A stretch of DNA of 64,000 nucleotides from Alphaproteobacteria bacterium (GCA_965220745.1 CBDCQT010000010.1:128001-192000); one strand, 5' to 3'. Shown: positions 10,464 through 20,965, numbered from the stretch's first letter. The notes: generated by a model from the sequence alone, not told the origin. A program made the numbers and translations.

Positions 10464-10976
10464 ATGCCACGTATCGTCAATTTCCCTCCTGAATTGCTCA
10501 TGGAACATGAAGACTGGCACCATGGAGGTCGCACCGTCAGGCAGGGGGCATCAGGCTCAGGCGAAGAGTTCCTGAACTGGCACAGCCGCTATATCGAGCT
10601 GTTCAAGGCTTGGGTGGATGCGCTGCCCGAGCATGAACGGCCAGACCCCACGACTATTGCGCCATGGACAGAGATCCCTGCTATTCTGAAGACGGTCGCG
10701 CTCGGATGGGCGAAATGGCACTCAGATGCCGAACAGCGCCTGCAGAACATGGCTAATTTCGGCACGCATGATGAGCTGGGGAGGTTTATCGAAGGTGGGC
10801 TGCACAATCGATATCTTCATGGTGCAGCGGCCCAAGCGTTCGGAGAACTTGACATAGCAGACCCAGCGAAGGCACCAAGCAGTACTTACTTCTGGCAGAT
10901 GCACGGGCTCATCGAGCGCTGGAGTCAAGAATGGCTGAGAACTCAGGGCAGCCTCAGCGTAACAACGGAGAGCTAG
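10464..10976 (+). CDS. Minimal tyrosinase/hemocyanin-like (type-3 di-copper) protein
   Basis: SD AAGGAG; EHEDWHH, FLNWHSRY, HNRYLH, FWQMHGLIE His motifs. Confidence 0.65.
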   Translation: MPRIVNFPPELLMEHEDWHHGGRTVRQGASGSGEEFLNWHSRYIELFKAWVDALPEHERPDPTTIAPWTEIPAILKTVALGWAKWHSDAEQRLQNMANFGTHDELGRFIEGGLHNRYLHGAAAQAFGELDIADPAKAPSSTYFWQMHGLIERWSQEWLRTQGSLSVTTES

Positions 10977-11091
10977 TGTGCCGAGCAGCAGGGCGGTCAG
11001 CTACGTTGCGGCGGCGCTGGCCACCCCTTAGCGGGCCAATGAGCAATACCAGATTTCAAACTGACCCGCGATCCAGTTTGAGGGAAAGCCC

Positions 11092-11280
11092 ATGAGCTAC
11101 AAAGTCAGCATCGCTGAGCTTCAGACTCTCATCCGTACAACCCAGAGTGGTGAGAATCAAACGGCCTCCGCCGTTGCCATAGTCGGTACCGCAATAGCCG
11201 AGCGCCTTGAGGCGATCGAAAGGCAGCTAATGCAGTTACGCCAGGAACATATGCAGCCAAAGGGACCACCAGGAAGGTAA
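11092..11280 (+). CDS. Small hypothetical coiled-coil protein
   Basis: SD GAGGG, 62 aa, amphipathic helix. Confidence 0.5.
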   Translation: MSYKVSIAELQTLIRTTQSGENQTASAVAIVGTAIAERLEAIERQLMQLRQEHMQPKGPPGR

Positions 11281-11329
11281 TGAGAAAGGCGGATTAGCCG
11301 CAGACGTGCGGGGCGTTTCGCCTTTAAGA

Positions 11330-11725
11330 CCGCGCCGCTCGACAGCCCGTTGTCGGCAGTCAGCTCTCCGTAACGCAGCCGCTTCCCAATCGCGTCATCG
11401 GCGACAGCCCCATGACGATGACGTCGCGCTCCCGCATGTTGTGCCGGCCCGCGAATTCCCGAACGTAACGGTCCATGTGCTGAGGGCTGATCTTGTGGAA
11501 TGTGCCGACGTAGTCCCGCTTCAACATGCTCCAGAGGCTCTCGACCCCGTTGGTCGATACGCCATCGTGCCGGAAGTGTTCGCCCATTGTGGTTCACGCT
11601 TTCGCGGTTGGGAATGCTTCGGTAGGGCGTGCCCTCATCCGTGTCCTCATCCGTGTAGATGGTGGCCCCTGTCGCAGCGTGGGCGCCGATGAATGCGGTC
11701 AAGGTCTCTCTGTCCGCCGCCTCGA
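11330..11725 (-). pseudogene. IS1595-family (ISXO2-like) transposase remnant
   Basis: ATIYTDE, TNGVESLWSMLKR, HKISPQHMDRYVREFAGRHN across frameshifts. Confidence 0.8.
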
Positions 11726-11729
11726 TCGC

Positions 11730-11865
11730 TGGCAGCGCAGATATCTGCCGGCGCGCGCGTGCTGATTGCGAAGTTCCCCGATCTCGGTTTCGCCGATACC
11801 GGCGCGCTCGGCGAGCAGACGCTCGATCACCTGCGGCCGGGCGCGGAAGGACGCGGCCTGCTTCC
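11730..11865 (-). pseudogene. Fragment of a second TraA relaxase C-terminal region
   Basis: KQAASFRARPQVIERLLAERAGIGETEIGELRNQHARAG vs KQAASFRARPQVFERLLAERAGIGEGELEKLRNQHTRAG at ~21930-22045. Confidence 0.8.
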
Positions 11866-12474
11866 TGCGCCGGGGATGGCGTAGTTCGTCATCCAGCGCA
11901 CACAGGACCGGTCCGAGCCCGAGACTATGAGGCGGTGAAGCACCGCGATGAAGACGGCCCGCTCGACCTCGAAGCAGAAGCCGCGCCCGGCAATAAGCGC
12001 GGACACCGCAACCCGACAGCCGGTCTCCTCCCACAGCCGACCGAACAGCAAAGGCGCGCCGATGCGGCGCACCTCGAAGCGCGCATCGCCCTCCTCGATG
12101 GCACGCAGCATCAGGGAGCGTTCGCCGAAGCGGCCGATGGAGGCGATCAGCCTGTCCAGCGCGCCCGAGGCGAGAACCGCTTCCTTGCGCCCGAGATTGC
12201 GGATGATGCGCTGCTTGGTGCGTTCCTTCTTGCAAAATCTGGCCGCATTTGACCGCAGTTCTGAATTTATCTGACCGCGATTCTGATTTTATTTGACCGC
12301 CGTTCTGGCGACATCTGACCGCGATTCCGGCGGGACTTGACCGTCGGAGGCCGGGTCCGAGGCCCGGTCCGATCGCCCTGCGGGCGCCACCGACATCCAT
12401 GTTTCCGGACGCGCCGATCCTCTCCCGGCTCAGCCTCATCGATCCACCGATCGACTCGAGGAGGCGGGCCCCCA

Positions 12475-14073
12475 ATGAAGAGGATCGACACCATGAGCAT
12501 CAGGGACATCCTTCGGCACCATCACGACCTGGGCTTGCCCCGGGCGGAGATCGCTGTGGCCGTGAGCGTGAGTGCGGGCACGGTATCGAACGTTCTGGAG
12601 CGCGCGCAGGCGGCGGGTCTGTCGTGGCCGTTGCCGTCCGATCTCGACGATGACGGGCTGCGCGCGCGCCTGTATCCGCCGGCGCCGCGCGAGAGCGGAT
12701 ATGCGCAGCCGGACTGGGATGATGTGCTCCGTGAGCTTCGAGCCAAGCGCAAGCGGCGCCGGGTGCGCGCGACACGGCGCACGCTCTGGGAGGAGTACCG
12801 CGACGAGGCCCAGGCCCAGGGCGGGAAGGCGTACAGCTACAGCCAGTTCTGCGCGCGCCTGAAGGCGCACCAGGGCAGCTGCGGCGGCTCGGCGCAGATG
12901 CACTTCGACTACGAGCCCGGGCTGTACGGGATGGCGGACTTCTCCGGCAAGACGCTGGCCCTTCGCACCGGACGCGGCGAGACCGACGTTGAGATCTTCG
13001 TCGCGGTCCTGGCGCATTCCAACCTGATCTACGCCGAGGCGGTCCCCGACCAGACGGTGCGCCACTGGACGATGGCCCACCGGCGCGCGCTCGAGTACTT
13101 CGGCGGCAGCCCCCGCCGGTGGATCATCGACAACCTCAAATCAGGCGTGGACGATCCCGACCGCGACGATATCCGGCTCAACCCCTCCTACCGGGAGTTC
13201 GCGCGCCACTACGAGATCGCGGTGCTGCCAGCGCGCAAGTACCGGGCCACCGACAAGGGGCTGGTCGAGAGCTGCGTCAAGGCCGTCCAGACGCGCATCC
13301 TGCTGACGCTGCGCCACCAGACCTTCTTCTCCCTCGACACCATGAACGCGGCTATCCGCCGCGAGCTCGACCGCCTCAACGATGCCCCCATGGCCAAGTA
13401 CGGCGAGAGCCGCCGCGCGCTCTTCGAGGCGAGCGAGCGGGCGGCCCTGACCGCGCTGCCGGCTCGCCCCTGGGAGTGGGGAGATTGGATCGAGCGCAAG
13501 GTCGGACAGAACTGTCACATCCGCTTCGAGAAGAATCACTACTCCGCTCCGGAGCGCTACATCGGCCGCCAGGTCGACGTCCGCGTCAGCGAACGCATGG
13601 TCGAGGTGTTCCTCGAGCGCGAGGGCGAGCGCATCGCCGTCCACCGCCGCAAGAGCGGGCGCAACCAGTACGCCACCACCCCCGAGCACATGCCCGAGCA
13701 CCACCGGGCGGTCTGCGATATCCGCCGCCCCGACTACGGCGACATCCTGCTCGGCCAGGCGCGTCGCATCGGAGCCAATGCCCTGGCCTGGGCCGAGCGG
13801 TGCTACGCCTCGCGCGACTTCCCGGAACAGGCCTTCGCCACCGTAAAGGGCATGATCCGCCTCGCCGACGATCACGGTGCCGAGCGCCTCGACGCAGTCT
13901 GTGCCGAGGCCCTCGACCTCAACCGCCTCGCCTCGGGCTTCCTCAGGGAGCGTCTCAAGAACGGCGACGGCGAGCCCGGTCCGCCGCGCCCCGAGCACGA
14001 CGAGACCATCCCCAGCCACGGCAACATCCGCGGTGGCGAGTACTACGGAAACAACGGAGGAGCGACACCATGA
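12475..14073 (+). CDS. istA: IS21 transposase
   Basis: HTH, ADF, IIDNLKSGV, DKGLVE motifs. Confidence 0.95.
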   Translation: MKRIDTMSIRDILRHHHDLGLPRAEIAVAVSVSAGTVSNVLERAQAAGLSWPLPSDLDDDGLRARLYPPAPRESGYAQPDWDDVLRELRAKRKRRRVRATRRTLWEEYRDEAQAQGGKAYSYSQFCARLKAHQGSCGGSAQMHFDYEPGLYGMADFSGKTLALRTGRGETDVEIFVAVLAHSNLIYAEAVPDQTVRHWTMAHRRALEYFGGSPRRWIIDNLKSGVDDPDRDDIRLNPSYREFARHYEIAVLPARKYRATDKGLVESCVKAVQTRILLTLRHQTFFSLDTMNAAIRRELDRLNDAPMAKYGESRRALFEASERAALTALPARPWEWGDWIERKVGQNCHIRFEKNHYSAPERYIGRQVDVRVSERMVEVFLEREGERIAVHRRKSGRNQYATTPEHMPEHHRAVCDIRRPDYGDILLGQARRIGANALAWAERCYASRDFPEQAFATVKGMIRLADDHGAERLDAVCAEALDLNRLASGFLRERLKNGDGEPGPPRPEHDETIPSHGNIRGGEYYGNNGGATP

Positions 14074-14840
14074 CCCTGCGACAACCCAACATCGACCGCC
14101 TGCTGCAGCTCGGTCTCAGCGGCATGGCCGAGGCCCTGGAGGAACAGCGCGACATCGCCGACGTCGACCAGCTCGGCTTCGACGACCGCCTCGCCCTGAT
14201 GATCGAGCGCGAGGCCGAGCACCGCGATCACAAGAGCTATCTCGGCCATCTGCGCCAGGCCCAACTGCGCATCCGCGCCGACGTCCAGGACGTCGACTGC
14301 CGCGCAGGGCGTGGCATCGCCCGGACCACGCTCACCCAGCTCGCCGCCGGCGACTGGATCCGCCAGGGCCACAATCTGATCCTGGGTGGGCCAACGGGAT
14401 CGGGAAAGACGTTTGTCGCTTGCGCGCTCGCCCACCAGGCCTGCCGCCAGCACCAGTCCGTCCTCTATCGCCGCGTGCCCGAGCTGGTCGCTGCCCTCAT
14501 CCGCGCCCGCGACAAAGGCACGCTCGAGCGCTTGATGGGCCGCCTGGGCAGGGTCTCGCTGCTGGTCCTCGATGACTGGGGGCTGCAGGGCTTCTCGGCC
14601 GAGGGCCGGCGCGACCTGCTCGAGATCGTCGAGGCGCGCCACGGACGCAAGTCCATCCTCATCGCCAGCCAGATCCCCGTGGACGGCTGGCCGAAGGTGA
14701 TCGGAGAGCCAACCATCGCGGACGCGGTCCTCGACCGCATCGTTCACAACGCCTATCGCATCGAGCTCAAGGGAGAGTCCCAGCGCAAGCGCAACAAGCC
14801 CCCGCCACTCGACGGCGGCGGCAACAGAGCCCCGGCCTGA
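14070..14840 (+). CDS. istB: IS21 helper ATPase
   Basis: GPTGSGKT, LLVLDDWG, ADAVLDRIVHNA; ATGA overlap with istA. Confidence 0.95.
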   Translation: MTLRQPNIDRLLQLGLSGMAEALEEQRDIADVDQLGFDDRLALMIEREAEHRDHKSYLGHLRQAQLRIRADVQDVDCRAGRGIARTTLTQLAAGDWIRQGHNLILGGPTGSGKTFVACALAHQACRQHQSVLYRRVPELVAALIRARDKGTLERLMGRLGRVSLLVLDDWGLQGFSAEGRRDLLEIVEARHGRKSILIASQIPVDGWPKVIGEPTIADAVLDRIVHNAYRIELKGESQRKRNKPPPLDGGGNRAPA

Positions 14841-15400
14841 AGGCCGGGGTCCATGGGCGCCTGCGGCGCCTTCCGGGTTGCAAGGGTGGAGGTGCGCGGC
14901 GGCATGCTGTGTGTGAGAGCTTGCCGCCGCGCCCCGCAGGCCGTTTGCATGCCAAAGAGGCCTCGCATACGCTCGGCTCGGGCTGGCCAAAGGCCAGCCC
15001 CCAACATCACCAAGGGGAGGGGCACACCGCCAAATCCGGGAGAGACAGCGCGCTGGCGCGCGCCCGCAGCACGGTCAAGTGTTGCCAGAACCCCGGTCAA
15101 ATAAAATCAGAACCCCGGTCAGATAGAATCAGAACCGGCGGTCAAATGAACCGGAATCCGCATTCCTTCTCGCGGACGCTCTCTACCAGATAGAGGTAGG
15201 TGTAGCCGTTGACGGTCTTTTCGCAGACGAACATGGGCTTAGCATTGCCGATTCGCGCCGCATCACAACCTGAATATCGATCCAAGGCCAAGGATTTAGC
15301 ACCACATTATTCAGCAGCCAAAACACGGCTATTGAAAACAACGAACCTTTCTAAACGCGCTCCTGCTTAGTCCAAACCTGCTGTTTAAGTCGGGTCAAAC

Positions 15401-16234
15401 TCATCGTCCCATTGCCTTTTTTAGCTCTGCTTCTCTAACCTCAAGAGGATAATGATAGCCATCCTCGGCGGCTCTACCTGTGACTTGACGCAACAGCCCC
15501 ATGGTGGTTTCAAAAGCGCTGTCGCTATCTTTCTTAACATATAGGAAAATAGGCACACTAAACACTGCTATTCCGTCCTCATCCGTAGGAAACACCCGCA
15601 CCGCACTAGATAAATATTTCTCGCTTGCGAACCGAGATCGGAGACCAAGTGACAGCGCGCCCTCATACTCGCTTACTGCCTCCGCAAGATATTGGTAGGT
15701 CCCTACACCGGACAGTGTTAACTCCTCCACTCCCTCCTCACTCGCTTCTACTATTCGCCAAAGGGCATTTCTCTTCAACTCACTTGCTGGTCCATAAACC
15801 TTGATCGACCAATCGTTTCCCCCGACATCCGTCCAGTTTGTTACTGCTCCCGCAAGTATCGTTCCCGCCATTTCTGAACTTAATTGGCCAACACCGGCTT
15901 CCTTATTCACAAAAAAAGGCAACGTCTCCGTATGTGAGTAAATTCGCGCGTACTCCTGCACCTCTGTGGGAATGCCGTGGTGAATAATCACCTCCGCAGC
16001 GCCCTGACTCAGCATGTCTGGCAATTTATCGTCGCTAAAACAATGTATGATATTATACCCAGATTCTTCGAGAGTTGGCACCACTGGATGTATTATCGAG
16101 TCCAACAGCACAACCGGTTCGTCGACACCCAACACCTCCGGAACGCTGTACGGAAATGCAAGTTGATCTTGAGCATGCACTGCCGACCACCACATGGTGG
16201 CTGCGGCCAGCGCCATCCCAATAGTGCGCGACAT
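15401..16234 (-). CDS. Secreted periplasmic-binding-fold (PstS-like) protein
   Basis: Signal peptide ending AVHA; ILAGAVTNWTDVGG resembles PstS-family I..G.ITNW.EVGG; low GC. Confidence 0.55.
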   Translation of the reverse strand: MSRTIGMALAAATMWWSAVHAQDQLAFPYSVPEVLGVDEPVVLLDSIIHPVVPTLEESGYNIIHCFSDDKLPDMLSQGAAEVIIHHGIPTEVQEYARIYSHTETLPFFVNKEAGVGQLSSEMAGTILAGAVTNWTDVGGNDWSIKVYGPASELKRNALWRIVEASEEGVEELTLSGVGTYQYLAEAVSEYEGALSLGLRSRFASEKYLSSAVRVFPTDEDGIAVFSVPIFLYVKKDSDSAFETTMGLLRQVTGRAAEDGYHYPLEVREAELKKAMGR

Positions 16235-16237
16235 AGC

Positions 16238-17617
16238 TTACCACTCCTTCTTTAGCCATTCCTCAAAGAGCTCTCTGAGCGACGATCCCCCAATAGCTAG
16301 ATCAATGGGCGTGGACTTGAACCACGCGCCCGGCTGCAAAAAATGTCGAAATGCCGGTGACAGAGCAATTTTGTCAAACGCGTGGGCCATCTTCGAATCA
16401 CCGTTGACCGCCCTTAGTAAACTACTGCCACTCTCAGCCATAAATCCACCTTTCGCCATGAATAATCTATATGTATCCATTTTCTGTGGTGGTGTACTCC
16501 AGCGTATTTCCTGCTCCATAGAGCCAATCATGCGAAGCGATAGGAGTCGCCTGAGGTCCGCCATCACTTCCTCTACTGTGTCTGAACTATAGCCACAACC
16601 TATACGTTTCTCACTAAGGATAACCGTTTTGATTTTGAAGTCGAGAAATTCCTGAAACGAGTGACTCTGGTGTAACCACAGCAGCTCGCTGGCCGTCTTC
16701 TTCTGTAGCAGGTCGTCAATCCTATTGATCTCGTCTCGTGCGTCAAATGCGTAATCTGAATTGTGTTCCGAGAGCACCGACTTGATGCGGGCCGTATAAA
16801 TCAGGCGAGGGATCGTCTTTCGAATTGATTCAGAGCCACCACTTGAAGTACACGTGCTCAGGAGCTCCACAGCGGATATTAACCGATCTTGAAAATCGTT
16901 TGTCCAATCAAGCTTGCCGTTCTTTAATGTTACTGACGATTCTACATAAGTAGTTACTACATAAGAGACAGGGTCATGATCGTTGCCGGTGATATGACAG
17001 CTATTGGGCAAAGAAACAAACATATTGAATAAATCTTCGGCGTACGTCCTTTGAAAGGAGATAAAATCACTCCAACTCCCACCGACGGACAAAACGCGGC
17101 TGGCACGCACCATTAGTACTGGCACTTCTTTCCGACCTGGATATGCTATGTAAGCTTCGGCCAAGGTTGTCGTATTCGGCAGGTGGGCATCCTCCGAAAT
17201 TAGCGCCTCAACGGATTGGCGAATTTTGATAACATAGCGGTATCTGTCAATAAAATCACTCAGCATCAGAGCAAGTCCAGCTCCTAAACCCGCTACAAGA
17301 ATAGCTGATATAAAGGATGCTGTCAAGACGTGGCGATCCAGAGAAGCAATTATCCCGCTTATCCAAAATTTGACCAATGAGAAGTTTACAATGGCTAAAT
17401 GTCTCAAGATTGCGGAGAAGACTGCAAGGGAAATACCTCCCCCCAAAACAGCCTTAACAGTTGTGAGCGGGTCAGGGTGGTAAAAGTAGAACAATAAGAA
17501 GAGGGCAAAGATTAAAACCATTAGAAGCGCGCAGGCGAAGAGAATAATGTGAAATAGGCTTTTTCGTACAGCCGGCCGGTGTGCAAGCGCGCGAGAGAAA
17601 GTTTTGAGCTGAACCAT
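16238..17617 (-). CDS. Hypothetical membrane protein (about 3 N-terminal TMs plus large soluble domain)
   Basis: 459-aa low-GC ORF; 3 bp from next gene. Confidence 0.7.
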   Translation of the reverse strand: MVQLKTFSRALAHRPAVRKSLFHIILFACALLMVLIFALFLLFYFYHPDPLTTVKAVLGGGISLAVFSAILRHLAIVNFSLVKFWISGIIASLDRHVLTASFISAILVAGLGAGLALMLSDFIDRYRYVIKIRQSVEALISEDAHLPNTTTLAEAYIAYPGRKEVPVLMVRASRVLSVGGSWSDFISFQRTYAEDLFNMFVSLPNSCHITGNDHDPVSYVVTTYVESSVTLKNGKLDWTNDFQDRLISAVELLSTCTSSGGSESIRKTIPRLIYTARIKSVLSEHNSDYAFDARDEINRIDDLLQKKTASELLWLHQSHSFQEFLDFKIKTVILSEKRIGCGYSSDTVEEVMADLRRLLSLRMIGSMEQEIRWSTPPQKMDTYRLFMAKGGFMAESGSSLLRAVNGDSKMAHAFDKIALSPAFRHFLQPGAWFKSTPIDLAIGGSSLRELFEEWLKKEW

Positions 17618-17734
17618 TAGTCGGCCTTCATGGATAAGGTGTATCGGCCGGACAACGGGTTAGAGACCAAGCGCTCGGTGGGGTGTTGTTTCTATGCATC
17701 AAGTCTGTCGCTATTCTGTTCCAAATATAGGGCA

Positions 17735-18900
17735 CTAGTGACCCGAATCTGTAGGTCGGGGCACAAATGCCGCTCCACGCTAAGGCTGAAGCGCTTGACC
17801 CCGGTGGGATTTCATCGCGGATCTGGTGCACTTGAAGGGCTTGGGATTCTCGTTGTGCGTTTCGATGAAAGGCCGGATGTCAGCCTCCAACTGGTAGGTC
17901 GAGCGGTGCACCCCGTGTTGTGACGGCTTGCGCGTCAGCTCGGCGAACCAGCGCTGTACCCTATTGAGCCACGATGCGGATGTCGGCGTAAAGTGGACAT
18001 GCCAGTGCGGACGCCGGGCCAGCCACGCCTTGACCCCTGCGGACTCGTGGGTGGCGTCGTTGTCAATGAGGATGTGGATGTCCAACCCGTCCGGGACATT
18101 GCGGTCGATCACTTTGAGGAAGTCGAGGAACTCCCTGGCCTGGTGGCGCCTATGGCACTTGCCCATGGCTGAGCCGGTGGTGTCGTCCAGCGCCGCGAAC
18201 AGCGAGGTCGTGCCGTTGCGCTTGTAGTCATGGGTGCGCCACTTAGGGATGCACGGCAGTATCGGCAGGACCGACTGAGCGCGGTCGAGGGCGCGGATAT
18301 GGCTCGTCTCGTCAAAGCAAAGCACCAACGCACGATCCGGCGGCGACATGTAGAGGCCGACGATGTCGCGGACTTTCTCCACGAAGTGCGGATCGGCCGA
18401 CAGCTTGAAGGTCTCGACCCGGTGCGCTGCAAACCGAAGGCGCGCCAGATCGACGTGTGCGACAGCGCTGCCTCCTTCGCCATCGAGCGCAGCGACCAGT
18501 GCGTCGCATCCACCGGCGTCGAGGTGAGCGTTCGCTTGGTCACTTCCGCCACCTTGTCGTCCTCGATGTTCCGCGGGCGTTCCGGACTGGGCTTGTCCGA
18601 AAGTCCCTCGATGCGGTCCTTGATGAAACGCCTTCGCCACTTGCCGACGGTGTGCTCGAGCACGCCGATCTCGGCGGCCACCGCCTTGTTGCCAAGCCCG
18701 TCCGCACAGCGCAGGATCATGCGGCAGCGATCCGACATGCAGCGCGCCACACAGTGACACCGAACCTGCGCTCCCAGAAACAACCGTTGGTAATCGCTCA
18801 GGCCAAGGTCGCCAGCGGCCGCCCCGTGCTGCTCTGCATCGCGATGCCCTCTATTGCCCGATTCGGAGGATCAGCTTCCAATGAACCTTACTTCAGCGCC
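17735..18900 (-). pseudogene. IS630-family transposase, frameshifted
   Basis: THWSLRSMA, LCFDETS, THDYKRNGTTSLFAALD, HFTPTSASWLN in two frames. Confidence 0.88.
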
Positions 18901-19037
18901 GGGTGAATAGCTCTCTGGCGGGCCAGCTACCTTGCGGATGACGAAACTGCTACGGTGGCCGAGATGGCGCATTGCTTCCTCTTAGTGTATCCGAGCAAAG
19001 CGCTCCACCATCAGCTTCCAAGATTGGTGTCCTGCCC

Positions 19038-19643
19038 ATGCCGATCGTCCGTCAGACCCCTCACGCCTCAATGTTCAACCGACACGCGGAGTTGCCCTAT
19101 ATGCTCCGCCTGCAGGATTTCGACCTCGTCATGCGGGACATCTATGACTTCTTTTTCGATGTGAACACGCATCTGTCCGACCGAGGATTGAAACGCTTCG
19201 ATGACATGCTAAGGCCTGCGGCGATGTCGGGGCTCATCTCAGACATGGTCGCAGCCAGCATGGCGCGTCACTCCCGCGTACTGGTCGAGAATCGGTACCA
19301 CAACGGACACCCGGACCTCATCGTCAATGGCGTTTATCCCGACGACGCTGTCAAGGCCGGAGAACAAGGCGTTGAAGTTAAGAGCACGCGCAAGCCAGGC
19401 GGAGCGGTCGACACCCATGGCGCGCGTGAACAGTGGATGTGCGTATTTGTCTATAGCGTAGACAACGAAACGGAACCAGCCGCCGCACGTGCGCCCATGA
19501 AGTTTACCGAGATCTACCTGGGCCACGTCGCCGTTGGTGATTTTCGTAGAAATCCTCGTGGGGAACTCGGAACGCGTACCGCTACGCTCGACAAGCATGG
19601 CATTAGGAAGCTCCGCAGCAGCTGGGTGTATCTGGACACCTGA
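19038..19643 (+). CDS. Putative PD-(D/E)XK restriction endonuclease
   Basis: HPDLIV...GVEVKS; convergent with and overlapping a DNA methyltransferase. Confidence 0.55.
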   Translation: MPIVRQTPHASMFNRHAELPYMLRLQDFDLVMRDIYDFFFDVNTHLSDRGLKRFDDMLRPAAMSGLISDMVAASMARHSRVLVENRYHNGHPDLIVNGVYPDDAVKAGEQGVEVKSTRKPGGAVDTHGAREQWMCVFVYSVDNETEPAAARAPMKFTEIYLGHVAVGDFRRNPRGELGTRTATLDKHGIRKLRSSWVYLDT

Positions 19644-20763
19644 GCGCTTCCAGCTTCGGTATCGCCGTCACAGCAATTCTGACGTACTCGGGCGAAAGCT
19701 CGACGCCGATGCTTTTGAAGCCAAGATGATTCGCTGCTGCGAGCGTGGAACCGGACCCAGCGAAAGGATCGAGTATCACGCCCGTTTCAATAGGCAACGC
19801 GGCTCGAACTAACTGGCGAAGGAATGCCTGAGGTTTCAGGGAGGGGTGGGGTGCCAGTCGTCTTTCCGCCGGCCGTGTCGGATGGGAACTGATCACGTCC
19901 CCGAAGGGACGCCGTTTCGATTGGCGACGGAGTCCGCCCGTGCCCCACTTTCGCAGGTTGTCCTGTACTCGTCCCTCTAGCGGATTGCGGAATAGCAGCC
20001 AGGGCTCAGCCATCGAGCGTGGCATGACGGTGACATCGGAAAACTCCTCATGCGCATTCTTCGGACGGTCGCCGCCGCGCATGGTCATCACGAGGCGGAC
20101 GATCATTCCACGACTCTCCAGGCCGGAATCCGCAAGCGCGGAAGCGACAATGTGCGACACGAGCGGGTTCGTGGCAACGAACACGTGTGCTCCAGGTACC
20201 AGTACGCGAGAAACGCTTTTTCCGAAACAACTAAAGAACTCTCTCATGCGCTCAAGGTCGGTCGTGCTCAGCGTCGTAAAGCGCGGGAGCGGAGACCGCG
20301 TGTGGCCGTCGAAGGAAGGGGGAATCCGCCAGACTCCGCCCTTGCCTTCTCGAAGTTTGCGCTGCTCGGCTTCCGTATACTCCACCAAGCCATAAGGAGG
20401 GTCGGTGACAACCGCATGGATACTGTTTCTCTCGCGGCGGTCCATCCAGTCAAAACAATCATCCTGATAAAGCGATGCCCTGCCGCAAATCAAAGCGGGG
20501 CCGGCTTCCGTGTCCGCTTTCTCTACCTCAGCGCTGGTGGGTGTCCGTTGCTCTCCTCTAAGCCGGTAGCGACCATGTCGCGTCCGCTCGAACATGTCTG
20601 GACGCAGCCTCAGGTACGAGCGCACGGACGAAGCGGGAACGGCGCCGATTCTGGCTTCGACCGCTTCCTTGATTTCTGAAACGCTTGCATCGCCTGCTAC
20701 GGAGACGAGGCAATCAACGATCGCATCGCGCACGGTACCGGGAGAGTGCTTCGTTCTGATCAT
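19603..20763 (-). CDS. N4/N6 DNA methyltransferase (beta class) with N-terminal HTH-like extension
   Basis: VVTDPPY before HPSLKP and ILDPFAGSGST; ATG at 20763. Confidence 0.9.
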   Translation of the reverse strand: MIRTKHSPGTVRDAIVDCLVSVAGDASVSEIKEAVEARIGAVPASSVRSYLRLRPDMFERTRHGRYRLRGEQRTPTSAEVEKADTEAGPALICGRASLYQDDCFDWMDRRERNSIHAVVTDPPYGLVEYTEAEQRKLREGKGGVWRIPPSFDGHTRSPLPRFTTLSTTDLERMREFFSCFGKSVSRVLVPGAHVFVATNPLVSHIVASALADSGLESRGMIVRLVMTMRGGDRPKNAHEEFSDVTVMPRSMAEPWLLFRNPLEGRVQDNLRKWGTGGLRRQSKRRPFGDVISSHPTRPAERRLAPHPSLKPQAFLRQLVRAALPIETGVILDPFAGSGSTLAAANHLGFKSIGVELSPEYVRIAVTAIPKLEALRCPDTPSCCGAS

Positions 20764-20965
20764 CGGTCCTACAATGCAAAGCGCCTGTACGATAGACGTC
20801 CAGACGTCTTCTTGCAATGCCGTTCCGCAGCAGATTGACTGCTCACCTCTTAAACTCGGTGATTCGGTTCGCGGCTGATTCGTCTTGGTCAGGTACGGGA
20901 TCGGAAGGTTCGCGGTGAAGGCACCGCAATCGCGGTCGCAGTTGGCAGGACCTGATACGTACAGC

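Larger units (their letters stand above)
12231..15162 (+). mobile_element. IS21-family element, copy 1
   Basis: TG...CA ends, ~22-bp-period internal repeats at both ends, 8-bp TSD TTCCTTCT (12223-12230, 15163-15170). Confidence 0.95.
11868..15394 (-). pseudogene. Truncated IS1634-family element interrupted by IS21
   Basis: ATG at 15234 gives MFVCEKTVNGYTYLYLVESVRE, continuing below 12230; end CTGTTTAAGTCGGG (15381-15394) resembles the IR of the IS1634 at 50301. Confidence 0.8.

Noticed and set aside
12245-12345. ~22-bp periodic repeats as a possible CRISPR or iteron array
   Set aside because: No unique spacers; mirrored at the other IS end, typical IS21 transposase-binding repeats
13119-14069. 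N-terminal extension of istB (573-aa ORF)
   Set aside because: Arg/Pro-rich shadow frame of istA; istB has its own SD and ATG at 14070
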